This document shows positions 63,500 through 64,000 of a stretch of 64,000 nt of DNA, piece by piece. The stretch's first letter is position 1. Each line of letters begins with the position of its first letter. The position numbers were made by a program, and so were the translations under genes. The notes beneath the pieces are model-generated. The model was given only the letters and a program-made list of their open reading frames with translations. It was not told the origin of the DNA and did not search any database. This DNA is from Octopus vulgaris (taxonomy: Eukaryota). Where the stretch lies: positions 12,648,001-12,712,000 of the forward strand of contig OX597817.1 in NCBI GenBank assembly GCA_951406725.2. The letters run 5' to 3'.

Positions 63500-64000
63500 T
63501 ATACTATTAATGAAATACATTAGTTTTTGCTGTAGTGTTGTTTAGCTGCCACTTTGTCTGAAATATAGTCTAGCATGTACTTATCAGACCTTAGAATAAC
63601 TACTATGCATTCCTGATGAGGTCTTATAAAACTGAAATCTGTCTAGAATTTGTCACCTTGTATATTAAAGACCAGATTCATTTATCACTTCAAGCTGCCA
63701 TACTTAGGCACAGTAAAGCCAGTTCAATTCTAAACTGAAGACATTTCACTCCACTTCATTTGTACCGAAAATACTGCTAAGAAAAAAGTGTGACTTTGTG
63801 TCAATGTCATTGTTACAATACTGTACCAGTTGTCCCTGTACGAAATTACCAACCCTTCAGCCAGCATCTCAACATCTACTCATCTATCACATTATTCGTC
63901 GTTTACCTAACCTCTTGAAGCCTGATCTACCCACACAACCTGTTGTGCTTATTATTGTGTTCTGAAGTATTATTGTTGTTTATACCCAGGTCAGTTCTGA

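Overview
AT-rich, repeat-dense animal genomic DNA, most likely an octopus (inferred from the tRNA-SINE families and microsatellite load, not checked against a database). The only intact host coding sequences are two same-strand paralogous single-exon ORFs for an RDH11/12/13/14-type short-chain dehydrogenase/reductase (7106-7996 and 55334-56275), each behind a homologous phase-0 splice acceptor. Decayed remnants of a third copy lie at about 51890-52180, partly inside a TTAA MITE. The rest is mobile DNA: three abundant tRNA-SINE families, four non-autonomous Helitrons, a Helitron helicase relic, a mariner carrying a nested HERO-like retroelement, a Gypsy gag-pro relic with LTR-like repeats, hAT, CR1-type and mariner fragments, several MITE families, a 6-kb 163-bp satellite with higher-order structure and long microsatellites. 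The most notable hidden signal is a set of six type I hammerhead-ribozyme-like motifs in several different non-coding repeats: one in a retrozyme-like 268-bp direct-repeat unit, two with long covarying stem II in an AT-rich Penelope-like family, one in a SINE tail, one degenerate copy just downstream of the second RDH stop codon, and one isolated weaker candidate. All structures and alignments were read by eye; most short ORFs in the supplied track are repeat artefacts.
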